A stretch of DNA of 60,084 bases from Micrococcales bacterium. Its GTDB lineage: Bacteria; Actinomycetota; Actinomycetes; S36-B12; GCA-2699445. The translations under genes and the position numbers were made by a program. The stretch is taken from the NCBI GenBank assembly GCA_032127075.1, contig JAQAZZ010000068.1, forward strand, positions 1 to 60,084, written 5' to 3'. This document shows positions 9,643 to 19,463 of the stretch, one piece after another. The notes beneath the pieces are model-generated. The model ran no database searches. It was not told where the DNA came from and was given only the letters and a program-made list of their open reading frames with translations. How positions within the stretch are numbered: the first letter of the stretch is position 1; every line of letters begins with the position of its first letter.

Positions 9643-10829
9643 GCAGACCCCTCCTCAGACTCTTGGTCCCGCAACTCGTCGGCCACCTCAGGTGTGTAGC
9701 GCGGAAGCTGCAGCGTGAACGTGGAGCCTTCCCCGGGAGCCGACCACACCTGGACGTCACCCCCGTGATTCCGGCACACATTTCGCACGATCGACAGTCC
9801 CAGCCCCGTTCCGCCGGTCATCCTGGACCGTGCGGCATCGACGCGGTAGAAGCGCTCGAAGATCCGGTCCAACTCGTCCGCCGGGATTCCGATTCCCTGG
9901 TCCCGGACGGCGATCTCCACTATCAGCCCCTGGGAGCGGACAGTGACCGCCACCTGGGTGTGGGCCTGGCTGTACGCGATCGCGTTGGCCAGCACGTTGC
10001 GGACCGCCGTCTCGAGTTGGGCAGCGTCGCCGAATACCTCGGCCGAAGACTCGGGGGAGACGACGATGGCGATCGACTTCGCGTCGGCGGCGCCGCGGAC
10101 GAACTCCACGGCGTCGGCCACCAACGGGCCGACCGGGAACACCGTCGCGTGTGCGCTGGGGTCGTCGCCCTGGAGGCGGGACAGGTCGATCACATCCTGG
10201 ATGAGGGTGGTGAGCCGCTCAGTTTCCATCTGCATCTTCTCGGCGAAGTGGCGCACCGCCTCAGGGTCGTCCCGAGCCGCCACGAGTGCTTCCGAGAGCA
10301 GGGATACCGCCCCCACCGGTGTCTTGAGCTCGTGGCTGACGTTGGCGATGAAGTCCCGCCGCACCGCCGCCACCCGGTTCTCCTCGGTGAGGTCGTCGAT
10401 CGACAGCAGCACCCAGCCCGCGCCCAGCGGGACTGCACGTACCCGCAGGTCCCAGTCGCCCAGACGAAGTGGCGGCCTCGGTATCGAAACCCCCGTGACC
10501 GTGGCCTCGTGGCGCAGCCGCGCCTCCGCCGCACACTCGGCAACCGACCGGAAGGCGATCTTGTCTCCTCGCACCAGCCTTCGGTCGATGACTGCCTGCG
10601 ATGCCCACTGCAGGCGGTCGCCGGAGTCGACGACGATGAACGAACCGGGCAGTGCGCGCAGCAGGGCCAGAGTCTCCGCCGACGGCGGCCGGTCGGCTGG
10701 GCGCGTCGGATCGGTGGTTGCGCCCCCGCCGCCGTCGGCGGTCGCGGCGCCCGCCGGCGCCTCGTCGGAGCGCGGGACCGTTGTGTCGCGGCCCGCTGGC
10801 TCTGCTGCGGTCTCCCGCTGGATGCTGAT
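9639..10829 (-). CDS. senX3: Sensor histidine kinase SenX3/PhoR (start uncertain; probable ATC)
   Basis: FIANVSHELKTPVGA H-box, GGTGLGL G2 box; frame open well upstream of first GTG (10574). Confidence 0.9.
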   Translation of the reverse strand: MSIQRETAAEPAGRDTTVPRSDEAPAGAATADGGGGATTDPTRPADRPPSAETLALLRALPGSFIVVDSGDRLQWASQAVIDRRLVRGDKIAFRSVAECAAEARLRHEATVTGVSIPRPPLRLGDWDLRVRAVPLGAGWVLLSIDDLTEENRVAAVRRDFIANVSHELKTPVGAVSLLSEALVAARDDPEAVRHFAEKMQMETERLTTLIQDVIDLSRLQGDDPSAHATVFPVGPLVADAVEFVRGAADAKSIAIVVSPESSAEVFGDAAQLETAVRNVLANAIAYSQAHTQVAVTVRSQGLIVEIAVRDQGIGIPADELDRIFERFYRVDAARSRMTGGTGLGLSIVRNVCRNHGGDVQVWSAPGEGSTFTLQLPRYTPEVADELRDQESEEGSA

Positions 10830-11051
10830 GGTGCTGCCCTCGCCTTCCCAGTCGCACAGGCACTCTATGGCGGAGCCTGCAACCGCTCGCCACCGAGGCG
10901 CAAGCAGCGGATCGTGGTGCTACCCGGCAGGCGGCCTGCGTGCCCGCCGTTGTTGTCCCGGCTGCAGACGGGCATTCATCGCCGACGCCCACGAGGTGCC
11001 TGGGCACGCCTAGTATGAACAGCGTCCCATAGCGACGGAGTTGACTGGAAG

Positions 11052-11765
11052 ATGAGAGAGCAGTTCCACCACGATCTGGAGCACATCACCGACGGCCTGG
11101 TCGAGATGACCAGGATGGCTGGATCTGCGATCAACCGGGCTACACAGGCGTTGCTGGACGCGGACCTGCAGACCGCGGAGTCGGTGATCGAATCGGATTC
11201 GCTGGTCGATGCCATGGCCGCCGAGATCGACTCGCAGTGCTTCGACCTGGCAGCTCGGCAGCAGCCCGTTGCCGTTGATCTGCGCGTGGTGATGTCCGGC
11301 ATCCGGATCAGCATGTCGCTGGAGCGCATGGGCGATCTCGCCAAGCACGTGGCGAAACAGACTCGGCTGCGCTACCCGAGGTCGAGCATCCCCTACGAGC
11401 TGCGTGGCACTTTCGCCCAGATGGGGGCACTGGCGGAAGCCGTGGCCAGCGCCACGGGTCTGTTCATCAAGACGCGCGATCTGGGCTACATGAGCAAGAT
11501 CGGCCACTACGACGACCAGATGGACGGGCTGCACCGAGAGTTGTTCACGATAGTGCTGTCCTCGTCGTGGCCCCATGGGGTTGAGGAGGCCATCGACGTC
11601 ACCCTGCTGTCCCGCTATTACGAGCGGTATGCCGATCACGCGGTCACGGTGGCCCGGCGGATGGCCCACATCGCGACCGGCGAGCCGTACGAGGCCATCA
11701 CCGTGGAGTCAGGGCCTGGGCAGGCAACCGTGAATCCCGCGCCCGCCCCGGCGGACGAATCCTGA
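11052..11765 (+). CDS. phoU: Phosphate signalling protein PhoU
   Basis: RQQPVAVDLR, LERMGDLA, RYYERYADHAV. Confidence 0.96.
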   Translation: MREQFHHDLEHITDGLVEMTRMAGSAINRATQALLDADLQTAESVIESDSLVDAMAAEIDSQCFDLAARQQPVAVDLRVVMSGIRISMSLERMGDLAKHVAKQTRLRYPRSSIPYELRGTFAQMGALAEAVASATGLFIKTRDLGYMSKIGHYDDQMDGLHRELFTIVLSSSWPHGVEEAIDVTLLSRYYERYADHAVTVARRMAHIATGEPYEAITVESGPGQATVNPAPAPADES

Positions 11766-11796
11766 ACATCCCCGGGGATGGGCCGGTCGTCCCCCG

Positions 11797-11823
11797 GGAA
11801 TGATCTGGGAGCCGCACATGTTG
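11797..11823 (+). promoter_or_regulatory. SigH/SigR-type promoter for mshA
   Basis: GGAAT-N18-GTTG, exact consensus spacing. Confidence 0.75.
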
Positions 11824-11853
11824 CAGGCGGTTGCACGAAAGGGGTGCCCACTG

Positions 11854-13134
11854 ATGCGACACAGTCCCGGAGCCGGGCGGGTGGCGATGATCAGCATGCA
11901 CACGTCACCTCTGGACCAGCCGGGCACCGGGGATGCCGGCGGGCTCAACGTCTACGTCGCGGAAACAGCCCGCCGGCTGGGTGCCGCGGGCGTGGCAGTC
12001 GATGTGTTCACCCGGGCCACCTCCCGCCGCCAGCCGCGGGTGGAAACCATGGCCGCCGGTGTCCAGGTACACGCGCTGCCGGCCGGACCTTTCGAGGGAC
12101 TGCGGAAGGAAGACCTCCCCGGGCAGGTGTGTGCGTTCACGTCGGGGCTGCTCGGCACGGGTTCGGCGCGGCCCGACGGTTTCTACGACATCGTGCACAG
12201 CCATTACTGGCTGTCCGGGCAGGCGGGGTGGCTGGCTGCGGAACGCTGGGCTGTGCCGCTGATCCACACCATGCACACGATGGCCAAGGTCAAGAACCAC
12301 AGCCTGGCGGGAACCGACGACCCCGAGCCGCTGATGCGGGAGTTGGGGGAGGAACAACTCGTGGCGGCTGCCGACCGCCTCGTCGCCAACACGGGGGCCG
12401 AGAAGGCTGACTTGATCCGTCGCTACGGTGCCGACCCGGGCAAGGTGGATGTGGTGCAGCCCGGGGTTGACCTCCTAGCTTTCGCGCCGGGCAGGCGAAG
12501 CGACGCCCGTGACCGGCTCGGCATCCGCCGGGACAAGCAGGTGCTGCTGTTCGTGGGGCGGCTGCAGCCGCTGAAGGCGCCGGACCTGCTGATCCGCGCG
12601 GCGGCCAGGATGGTGGCTGATCAGCCAGAGCTGCGGGATCAGTTGCAGGTGGTTGTCTGCGGGGGCCTGTCGGGAGCCGGGTTGGCCCGGCCGGGCGAGC
12701 TGCCGGCGTTGGCGGCGCACCTGGGCATCGCCGACATCGTGCGGTTCTCCCCACCGGTCGGTCGTGCGGAACTGGCTGACTACTACCGCGCCGCGGACCT
12801 CGTGGTGGTGCCATCCCACTCAGAGTCCTTCGGGCTGGTCGCCCTGGAGGCGCAGGCATGCGGCACCCCCGTGGTGGCCGCGGCGGTGGGCGGGCTGGTC
12901 ACCTCTGTCGCCGACGGGCGCAGCGGAATCCTGGTCGCCGGGCATGACCCGGCCGACTGGGCACAGACGCTGAGCACCGCGCTGTCGCAGCCGCGCCGGC
13001 TCGCGGCGTTGTCCACCGGAGCGGTGGCACATGCCCGCGGCTTCAGTTGGGAGTCCGCCGCGGCACACACGCTCGACGTCTATCGCCGTGCGCGGGCCAC
13101 ACATGGCGTCGGGCTGCTCCAGACGGCAAACTGA
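11854..13134 (+). CDS. mshA: D-inositol-3-phosphate glycosyltransferase (mycothiol synthesis)
   Basis: HTSPLDQPGTGDAGGLNVYV, HSHYWLSG, SESFGLVALEAQACG. Confidence 0.96.
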   Translation: MRHSPGAGRVAMISMHTSPLDQPGTGDAGGLNVYVAETARRLGAAGVAVDVFTRATSRRQPRVETMAAGVQVHALPAGPFEGLRKEDLPGQVCAFTSGLLGTGSARPDGFYDIVHSHYWLSGQAGWLAAERWAVPLIHTMHTMAKVKNHSLAGTDDPEPLMRELGEEQLVAAADRLVANTGAEKADLIRRYGADPGKVDVVQPGVDLLAFAPGRRSDARDRLGIRRDKQVLLFVGRLQPLKAPDLLIRAAARMVADQPELRDQLQVVVCGGLSGAGLARPGELPALAAHLGIADIVRFSPPVGRAELADYYRAADLVVVPSHSESFGLVALEAQACGTPVVAAAVGGLVTSVADGRSGILVAGHDPADWAQTLSTALSQPRRLAALSTGAVAHARGFSWESAAAHTLDVYRRARATHGVGLLQTAN

Positions 13135-13139
13135 AGCCG

Positions 13140-13661
13140 ATGACCGCAGCCGAGCAGATCCGCGACCACCTCATCGACTCGGGCTTGGAGTGGGAGCACC
13201 CCGATCCGGCCACCTTCGTCATAGACCTTCCGGGGGAGAACAAACTCCGGACCACTGTGTCGATCCGGGTGGGTGACCACTCGGTGAGTTTCAACGCGTT
13301 CGTCGTGCGCCACCCTGATGAGAACACCGCCGGGGTGTACCGGTGGCTGCTGGAGCGCAACAGCCGCATGGGGGCCGCGTCCTACTGCGTGGACCATCTC
13401 GGCGACGTGTATCTGATGGCGCGGATCCCACTGGAGTCCCTGTCCGCCGAAGGATTGGACCGGGTACTCGGGACGATCTTGAAACATGCGGACGGGGACT
13501 TCAACACTCTCCTGGAGAAGGGGTTCCGCTCCTCGATCGAGCGGGAGTGGCGCTGGCGACTCAGCCGCGGTGAGTCCACCGCCAACCTGGCGGCCTTCCG
13601 GCACTTGGCACCGGAACCGGTCGCGGAGCCTGCCGCCGACACTGAACCCCCCTCAACCTGA
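13140..13661 (+). CDS. YbjN-domain protein
   Basis: LPGENKLRT, PDEN...LLERN, EWRWRLSRGES; conserved position between mshA and gpmA. Confidence 0.88.
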   Translation: MTAAEQIRDHLIDSGLEWEHPDPATFVIDLPGENKLRTTVSIRVGDHSVSFNAFVVRHPDENTAGVYRWLLERNSRMGAASYCVDHLGDVYLMARIPLESLSAEGLDRVLGTILKHADGDFNTLLEKGFRSSIEREWRWRLSRGESTANLAAFRHLAPEPVAEPAADTEPPST

Positions 13662-13694
13662 CATACGAACCTCGTGGTCGGGCACGATAGGCAT

Positions 13695-14453
13695 ATGACA
13701 ACCGAGACGATGACCCTGATCCTGCTGCGGCACGGCCAGAGCGAGTGGAATGCCAAGAACCTCTTCACCGGCTGGGTGGATGTGGACCTCACCGACACCG
13801 GTCGTGCCGAGGCGGAACGGGGCGGGCAGATGCTGGCGGAGGCCGGCCTGCACCCCGATGTGCTGCACACATCGGTCATGCGCCGCGCGATCCGGACCGC
13901 GGAGATCGCCCTGCACGCTGCCGAGCGGTCCTGGATTCCGGTGCGGCGGCACTGGCGCTTGAACGAACGCCACTACGGCGCCCTGCAGGGGAAGAACAAG
14001 GCCGAGACCCTGGAGCAGTACGGCGAGGAGCAGTTCATGAAGTGGCGCCGCTCCTACGACGTGCCGCCGCCACCGATCGACCCGGAAGACCCGTGGGCGC
14101 AGACCCACGATCCCCGCTACTCCCGGCTGGCGCCGGAGCAGCTTCCAGCGGCCGAGTGTTTGGCCGACGTCGTGGACCGGATGTTGCCCTACTGGTACGA
14201 CGCGATCGTCCCCGACCTCCGCGACGGCCGCACAGTGCAAGTCACCGCCCACGGGAACTCGCTGCGTGCGCTGGTCAAACACCTCGACGACATCTCCAGT
14301 GCCGACATCGTCGGGCTGAACATCCCCACGGGGATCCCACTGGTGTACCGGCTGGACCACAACCTCAAGCCGACCTTGCCCGGCGGGGAGTACCTCGACC
14401 CCGAGGCGGCGGCGGCCGCCGCCGCCGCGGTCGCTGCCCAGGGCAAGAAGTGA
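13695..14453 (+). CDS. gpmA: 2,3-BPG-dependent phosphoglycerate mutase
   Basis: [28 protein letters not shown]. Confidence 0.97.
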   Translation: MTTETMTLILLRHGQSEWNAKNLFTGWVDVDLTDTGRAEAERGGQMLAEAGLHPDVLHTSVMRRAIRTAEIALHAAERSWIPVRRHWRLNERHYGALQGKNKAETLEQYGEEQFMKWRRSYDVPPPPIDPEDPWAQTHDPRYSRLAPEQLPAAECLADVVDRMLPYWYDAIVPDLRDGRTVQVTAHGNSLRALVKHLDDISSADIVGLNIPTGIPLVYRLDHNLKPTLPGGEYLDPEAAAAAAAAVAAQGKK

Positions 14454-15346
14454 CCGCTGCCCCTGCCTCGCCGCGGTTGGCGGACCGGGTCGGGGAGCTC
14501 GACCGGTTGCTCAGCGGCTACGCCGCAGTTGTGGTGGCGTTCAGCGGTGGCGCCGATTCGGCGTTCCTGCTGGCCGCGGCGGCCCGATCCGGTGCGAAGA
14601 CACTTGCTGCGACGTCCGCCGGCCCGGCTCTCGCGTCCGCGGAGTGGTCCGCGGCAGCGGAATTCGCGGCCGGGCTGGGGGTGGAGCACGTACGGGTGCA
14701 GACAGGGGAACTGCAGCGCGACGGCTATACGGCCAACGGGCCGGACCGCTGCTACCACTGCAAATCGGAGTTGCTCGACCGGCTGGTGGCCCTGGCCTCA
14801 CAACGCGGCTACTCAGCGGTCGCCACGGGCACGAACGCTGACGACGTGCTCCAGCCGCACCGCCCCGGATTGAAGGCGGCCGACGAGCGCGGTGTCATCA
14901 CCCCGCTGGCGGCAGCAGGGATGACCAAGGCCGATGTGCGGGCGGCCTCGCGGCTCTGGGGCCTGCCGACATGGGCCAAGCCGCAGTCGGCGTGCCTCGC
15001 CAGCCGAATCGCCTATGGGGTGCGAGTCGACTCGCAGCGGCTGGCCCGGGTGGACCGGGCAGAGGCGGGGGTACGCGCCGCGCTGGACCGCGCGGGCATC
15101 GACGTGGTCAATGTGAGGGTGCGCGACCTCGGTGACGAGGCTCGTGTCGAACTCGACACCGCCGCCGTTCCCGCCGCAACCGCGCAACCGGCTGTGGTCG
15201 CGGCTGTGGTCGCGGCTGGATTCACCGCGGCCACGGTGGATCCCCGTGGATTCCGCAGCGGTTCGTTGAACGAGGAACTGTCGGCCGCAGATCTGATCGG
15301 CCCCAGCAGCCGAGGCTCGTCGTGGCGACTGCCCATCGTGGACTAA
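14450..15346 (+). CDS. larE: ATP-dependent sulfur transferase LarE (PP-loop)
   Basis: [29 protein letters not shown]; GTGA overlap with gpmA. Confidence 0.9.
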   Translation: MTAAPASPRLADRVGELDRLLSGYAAVVVAFSGGADSAFLLAAAARSGAKTLAATSAGPALASAEWSAAAEFAAGLGVEHVRVQTGELQRDGYTANGPDRCYHCKSELLDRLVALASQRGYSAVATGTNADDVLQPHRPGLKAADERGVITPLAAAGMTKADVRAASRLWGLPTWAKPQSACLASRIAYGVRVDSQRLARVDRAEAGVRAALDRAGIDVVNVRVRDLGDEARVELDTAAVPAATAQPAVVAAVVAAGFTAATVDPRGFRSGSLNEELSAADLIGPSSRGSSWRLPIVD

Positions 15347-15397
15347 CCTTGGCTTCGCACAGCGCATGCAGCGCCGTGCACGTCTAGGGAGGTCGCC

Positions 15398-15781
15398 GTG
15401 CCCACCGGTCGCGTCAGGTTCTTCAACGCCGAAAAGGGTTTCGGCTTCATCAGCACTGATGACGATGACGACGTCTTCGTCCACATCTCTGCCCTGCCCG
15501 CCGGGACCAGCGAGGTTCAGCCCGGCACAAAGGTCGATTTCAGCGTCGCCGAGGGCCGCAAGGGTCGCCAGGCGCTGTCGGTGACCATCCTGGACGCTCC
15601 GCCGTCTGTCGTGCGGGCGAAGCGCAGGAACCCCGCGGACCTGGCCCGGATAGTCCAAGACGCCGCGGTGCAGTTGGACGACATGGCCGAGCAGTTGGGG
15701 CAAGGGCATTTCCCCGAGGATGGGCTGGGCAAGCGGACTGCGGTGATCCTGCGCAAGATCGCCGACGAACTCGACGCCTGA
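15398..15781 (+). CDS. Cold-shock domain protein with C-terminal extension (CspB-like)
   Basis: GRVRFFNAEKGFGFI, DVFVH. Confidence 0.92.
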   Translation: MPTGRVRFFNAEKGFGFISTDDDDDVFVHISALPAGTSEVQPGTKVDFSVAEGRKGRQALSVTILDAPPSVVRAKRRNPADLARIVQDAAVQLDDMAEQLGQGHFPEDGLGKRTAVILRKIADELDA

Positions 15782-15828
15782 GAACCTCGACGCCTGAGCA
15801 CGCGTACGGTCGAGGCCGACTGGCAGCC

Positions 15829-16278
15829 CTACTGCTGCACGTCCAAGGCCACCAGCCAGACGCCCTGAACCTGCGCCTCACGCCCCGCTACCACCTGCAG
15901 GGTCACCGGCTGGCCGGGGGTGGACGTCGTCACCCGGTAGTACTTCGTCTCCAGGGTCTCCGGCACGACTGGTTGCCCCTGGGCGCGGATCTGCCACCCG
16001 GCCTCTGCCACGACTGGGTCGACGCTGATGCCCAGCGTGTTGCCCGGCTGTGCGGGCAGGGAGGGAAGGCCTTCGGTGCGGCTTCCCTGCAGGATGTCCT
16101 CGGCGCATTGGCCCTCGCCCAGGCTCGTCTCTTCGAAGGACCAGCACAATGCCTCGGCGGAAACGCTGTGGGTACCGCTCCAGACCGTGATCGACGGCGG
16201 CGGCTTCTCGCACGCGGTCACCATGGCGGCCACCGCCACAGCCGATCCGGTCATACCGACGGTCCTGGCCCAGCGCAT
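15829..16278 (-). CDS. Lipoprotein, DUF2771-like
   Basis: VTAC lipobox; ISVDPVVAEAGW; synteny with csp/DUF3027. Confidence 0.65.
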   Translation of the reverse strand: MRWARTVGMTGSAVAVAAMVTACEKPPPSITVWSGTHSVSAEALCWSFEETSLGEGQCAEDILQGSRTEGLPSLPAQPGNTLGISVDPVVAEAGWQIRAQGQPVVPETLETKYYRVTTSTPGQPVTLQVVAGREAQVQGVWLVALDVQQ

Positions 16279-16361
16279 TCAGCCTCCCGATGTTGTGCTT
16301 CAGGTTATCGCTGCCTCCGCGCCGAGCGGCACCAGCCCACCGTTTCGGGGACGCGCCCCGC

Positions 16362-17150
16362 TCAGGAGTGGCCCAGATCGAACTCGTCGACGGCCATTTC
16401 GTCAAGGGCCGCGAGCGGGCGTCCGGCGCGCACCATCCGCGGCACCGCCTCGGAATGTGCCCCGCAGCCGTGCTCCAGCGAGACTGCGTGTCCGTCGGAG
16501 TCGGACAGCCGGTTGGTGCACAGCCCGAAGGCCTGCCCCAGCGGACCGCCGATGGTCAGCATCCAGCCGCAGGCGCCGCACTGTCCCGGCGCCGATCGGG
16601 TCGTGGCGTTGCCGGGGCCGTGCTCGCCCCGGTGCCAACGGGTGGCAGCGGATTCCCGTCCGAATGCGGACGGCACTCGCGGGCGCTGGATGAACGGTTC
16701 CCAGTTGACCGGGTGGAGGGGCCCGGGGTCCAGCTCGCCGGCAAGGTCGTCGCTGCCCGACCACCCGGGGGCGAGCCTCGGTTCGTCGGGGTCGGTGGGG
16801 ATCAGCGCGCCGGCGGAGAGGTCGCCCTGTTCGATGCGTTCGGTCCACGGCACCCACTCCGGGGCGACGATGGCGGCTGGCCCGGGCCTCAGCGAGACCT
16901 CGTTGATGGTGACGGTCCGCGAGCGCGGTGCCCGCACGACTGTCACCTGCCACTGCCACCCCTCGTAGCCCGGCATCGTGCACCGGAAATGGTGGGAGAC
17001 GAGGCGGTCGTCCTCGGCGACGGCCTCGATATGGCCGGCGACGGCCTCGGGGCCGGCGTCGGCGATGACCGCGGCCAAGGCCTGGTCGATCGCGGCTGCA
17101 CAGATCGGATCGGCCGCGCCGGCATCGGAGGTGCGCACGAGGGTGGACAT
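16362..17150 (-). CDS. DUF3027 family protein
   Basis: GYEGWQW, APEWVPW, CGACG, FGLCTN, HGCGAHSE. Confidence 0.9.
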   Translation of the reverse strand: MSTLVRTSDAGAADPICAAAIDQALAAVIADAGPEAVAGHIEAVAEDDRLVSHHFRCTMPGYEGWQWQVTVVRAPRSRTVTINEVSLRPGPAAIVAPEWVPWTERIEQGDLSAGALIPTDPDEPRLAPGWSGSDDLAGELDPGPLHPVNWEPFIQRPRVPSAFGRESAATRWHRGEHGPGNATTRSAPGQCGACGWMLTIGGPLGQAFGLCTNRLSDSDGHAVSLEHGCGAHSEAVPRMVRAGRPLAALDEMAVDEFDLGHS

Positions 17151-17167
17151 GGGCCGATTGTCGCAGG

Positions 17168-17437
17168 TCAGGCGAGGCTGAGGAACAGCTTCTCCAGCTG
17201 CTCCGGGCTGATCGGCGGCTCGTCGCCCCGAGCAGACGCCGCGGCGCACTGCTGCAGACCGTCGCTGATGATCCGCAGGCCGGCCCGGTCCAGGGCCCGA
17301 GAGGCCGCAGCCAGCTGCGTCACGATGTCAGTGCACTCGCGGCCCTCGTCAATCATCGTGATGATGCCGTTCACCTGTCCCTGCACCCGCCGAAGCCGGT
17401 TCACGACATCCTGTCGGCAGGATCCCTCAATCTGCAT
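17168..17437 (-). CDS. CsoR/RcnR-family repressor, His-less (CstR-like) subgroup
   Basis: NRLRRVQGQV...ECTDIVTQLAAASRALDRAG...GLQQC; SD GAGGAG; overlaps ideR stop. Confidence 0.88.
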   Translation of the reverse strand: MQIEGSCRQDVVNRLRRVQGQVNGIITMIDEGRECTDIVTQLAAASRALDRAGLRIISDGLQQCAAASARGDEPPISPEQLEKLFLSLA

Positions 17438-18149
17438 CTGACTGTTCTCCTCTCGGTGGCCCCGTGGGTACCACCAGGATGTGCGTGGCGACATTCGTCT
17501 CGATCTCGGCGTATTCCCCCGCGCTTCCGACCAGTACCCGGTCATTGCGTGCGCGGCACTTGACTGTTGCCCCCGCGTGGACCCCGACGCGGCGCAACTC
17601 GCGCAGGGTCGCCTCCTGCGACTGGGCCGTCTCGTCGATGCGTTGCACGGTCACGTAGCGGATCTGCTCCCCCGCGGCCGTTGCCAGGTCCAGCGCATCC
17701 GGCGGCAGTCCGACGTCGGCGGCCGGTTCGTCGAGTTCGGCGAGCGCGGGGATGGGATTGCCGAACGGGGAGACGCGCGGATGGCCGAGGATATCCAGCA
17801 GGCGGCGCTCGACGTCCTCGCTCATGACATGCTCCCAGCGACAGGCTTCGGCGTGGATTCGTTCCGGGTCCAGCCGCAACACATCGGCGAGCAGGCACTC
17901 GGCCAGCCGGTGCTTGCGCATCACCCGTGCCGCCATGGCACGCCCAGAGTCGCTGAGGACTATCCGCCGGTCCCCCCGCAGGGACAACAGTCCGTCGCGC
18001 TGCATCCTCGCCACGGTCTGCGACACGGTCGGGCCGCTCTGGGACAACCGTTCGGCGATCCGCGCCCGCAGCGGTGGCGTCCCCTCTTCCTCGAGTTCGA
18101 AAACGGTGCGCAGATACATTTCAGTGGTATCGATGAGATCACTCATCAT
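17427..18149 (-). CDS. ideR: DtxR/IdeR iron-dependent regulator
   Basis: DTTEMYLRT, QSGPTVSQTVARM, RKHRLAE, EACRWEHVMS, FeoA-like C-terminus. Confidence 0.93.
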   Translation of the reverse strand: MMSDLIDTTEMYLRTVFELEEEGTPPLRARIAERLSQSGPTVSQTVARMQRDGLLSLRGDRRIVLSDSGRAMAARVMRKHRLAECLLADVLRLDPERIHAEACRWEHVMSEDVERRLLDILGHPRVSPFGNPIPALAELDEPAADVGLPPDALDLATAAGEQIRYVTVQRIDETAQSQEATLRELRRVGVHAGATVKCRARNDRVLVGSAGEYAEIETNVATHILVVPTGPPRGEQSDAD

Positions 18150-18158
18150 TCCTCCTCC

Positions 18159-18176
18159 ATGCCCTGCCGGGTATCC
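18159..18176. promoter_or_regulatory. Candidate CsoR/CstR-type operator between -10 (CACAAT) and SD of ideR
   Basis: Minus strand GGATACCCGGCAGGGCAT. Confidence 0.45.
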
Positions 18177-18296
18177 ATTGTGGCCCCCTGGGCGCCCTTG
18201 CGCGGAATCGGCTGCCGCGCCCGCCGGCGGCAGCCGCTACGAGGGGCATTGCCGCTGCGGTTGTGCCAGCATGATCGCGAAGATTGGGGCGCAGCG

Positions 18297-19373
18297 ATGG
18301 GCGTAGACATTCCGGAGACGATGACCGGGGCGGTACTCCCCGGGGATAGCACCGTGCAGTTCCGCGAAGTCCCGGTGCCGACGCCGGGCCACGGGCAGGT
18401 GCTGGTGAAGACGAAGTCGTCCACGATCTGCGGCAGCGACATCAGAGCGATCTACCACCAACACCTCGGCAAGGGCCCCGAGGGCTACCAGGGTGTGATC
18501 GCCGGCCACGAGCCCTGCGGCCAGATCGTTGCCGAGGGTCCCGGGATGAAGCGGTTCAAGGCGGGGGACCGGGTGATCATCTACCACATCTCCGGTTGCG
18601 GGATCTGCAACGACTGTCGCCGTGGTTTCTTCATCTCCTGCACCAGCAGCAACCGGGCGGCGCACGGCTGGCAGCGCGACGGCGGCATGGCGCCGTACAT
18701 CCTGGCCGAGGAGAAGGACCTCGTATTGCTGCCCGACGAGTTGTCCTACACAGATGGCGCGCAGGTCGCCTGCGGCTTCGGCACGTCATACGAGGGCATC
18801 GAGAAGATCGGGATCTCCGGCAACGACGCCGTGCTCGTGACAGGTCTGGGGCCGGTGGGCCTGGCTACGCTCATGCTCGCCAAGGCGCTCGGGGCCAACA
18901 TGCTCATCGGCACCGATGTGGCCGAGGACCGGCTGCAGTTCGCCCGCGATCTCGGGATTGTGGACCATGCGCTGATGTCCGGGCCGGACAACGTTGCGCA
19001 GATCCGGGCACTGACCGGCGGCCATGGTGTGGAGCGGGCTATCGACTGCAGCGGCAACGACAAGGCGAGGCTCACCGCGGTGCAGGCCACCCGCAAGTGG
19101 GGCAAGATCGCGTTGGTCGGCGAAGGGGGGTCACTGTCGTTCTCCCCAAGCCCCGACCTCTTGCACGAGCAGAAGAGCATCCACGGTTCGTGGGTCACCA
19201 GCATCTGGCGCATGGAGGAACTTGTGGAGAAGTTGGTTCGTTGGCAGATCCACCCCGACCGCCTCGTGACCCACCGGTTCAGTCTCGAGCAGGCCGACGA
19301 TGCCTATGCGCTGATGGCCAGCGGCAAGTGCGGCAAGGTGGCGGTCGTCTTCGACGAAGAGCTCGCCGGATAG
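18297..19373 (+). CDS. Zinc-dependent alcohol/polyol dehydrogenase
   Basis: ICGSD, GHEPCG, CGICNDC...C, GLGPVG. Confidence 0.92.
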   Translation: MGVDIPETMTGAVLPGDSTVQFREVPVPTPGHGQVLVKTKSSTICGSDIRAIYHQHLGKGPEGYQGVIAGHEPCGQIVAEGPGMKRFKAGDRVIIYHISGCGICNDCRRGFFISCTSSNRAAHGWQRDGGMAPYILAEEKDLVLLPDELSYTDGAQVACGFGTSYEGIEKIGISGNDAVLVTGLGPVGLATLMLAKALGANMLIGTDVAEDRLQFARDLGIVDHALMSGPDNVAQIRALTGGHGVERAIDCSGNDKARLTAVQATRKWGKIALVGEGGSLSFSPSPDLLHEQKSIHGSWVTSIWRMEELVEKLVRWQIHPDRLVTHRFSLEQADDAYALMASGKCGKVAVVFDEELAG

Positions 19374-19463
19374 CGCCGCCGGAACGGATAGCACTGCCGG
19401 GACGGAGTGTGGTGCAGCCCCGCGGGCGCTGTTCCCCCGTCCGAGGGCACTAGCGTGTGGACT

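Noticed and set aside
15335-15352. IdeR-box-like CTAACCTT upstream of csp
   Set aside because: Half-site only; better explained as a TAACCT -10 overlapping the larE stop
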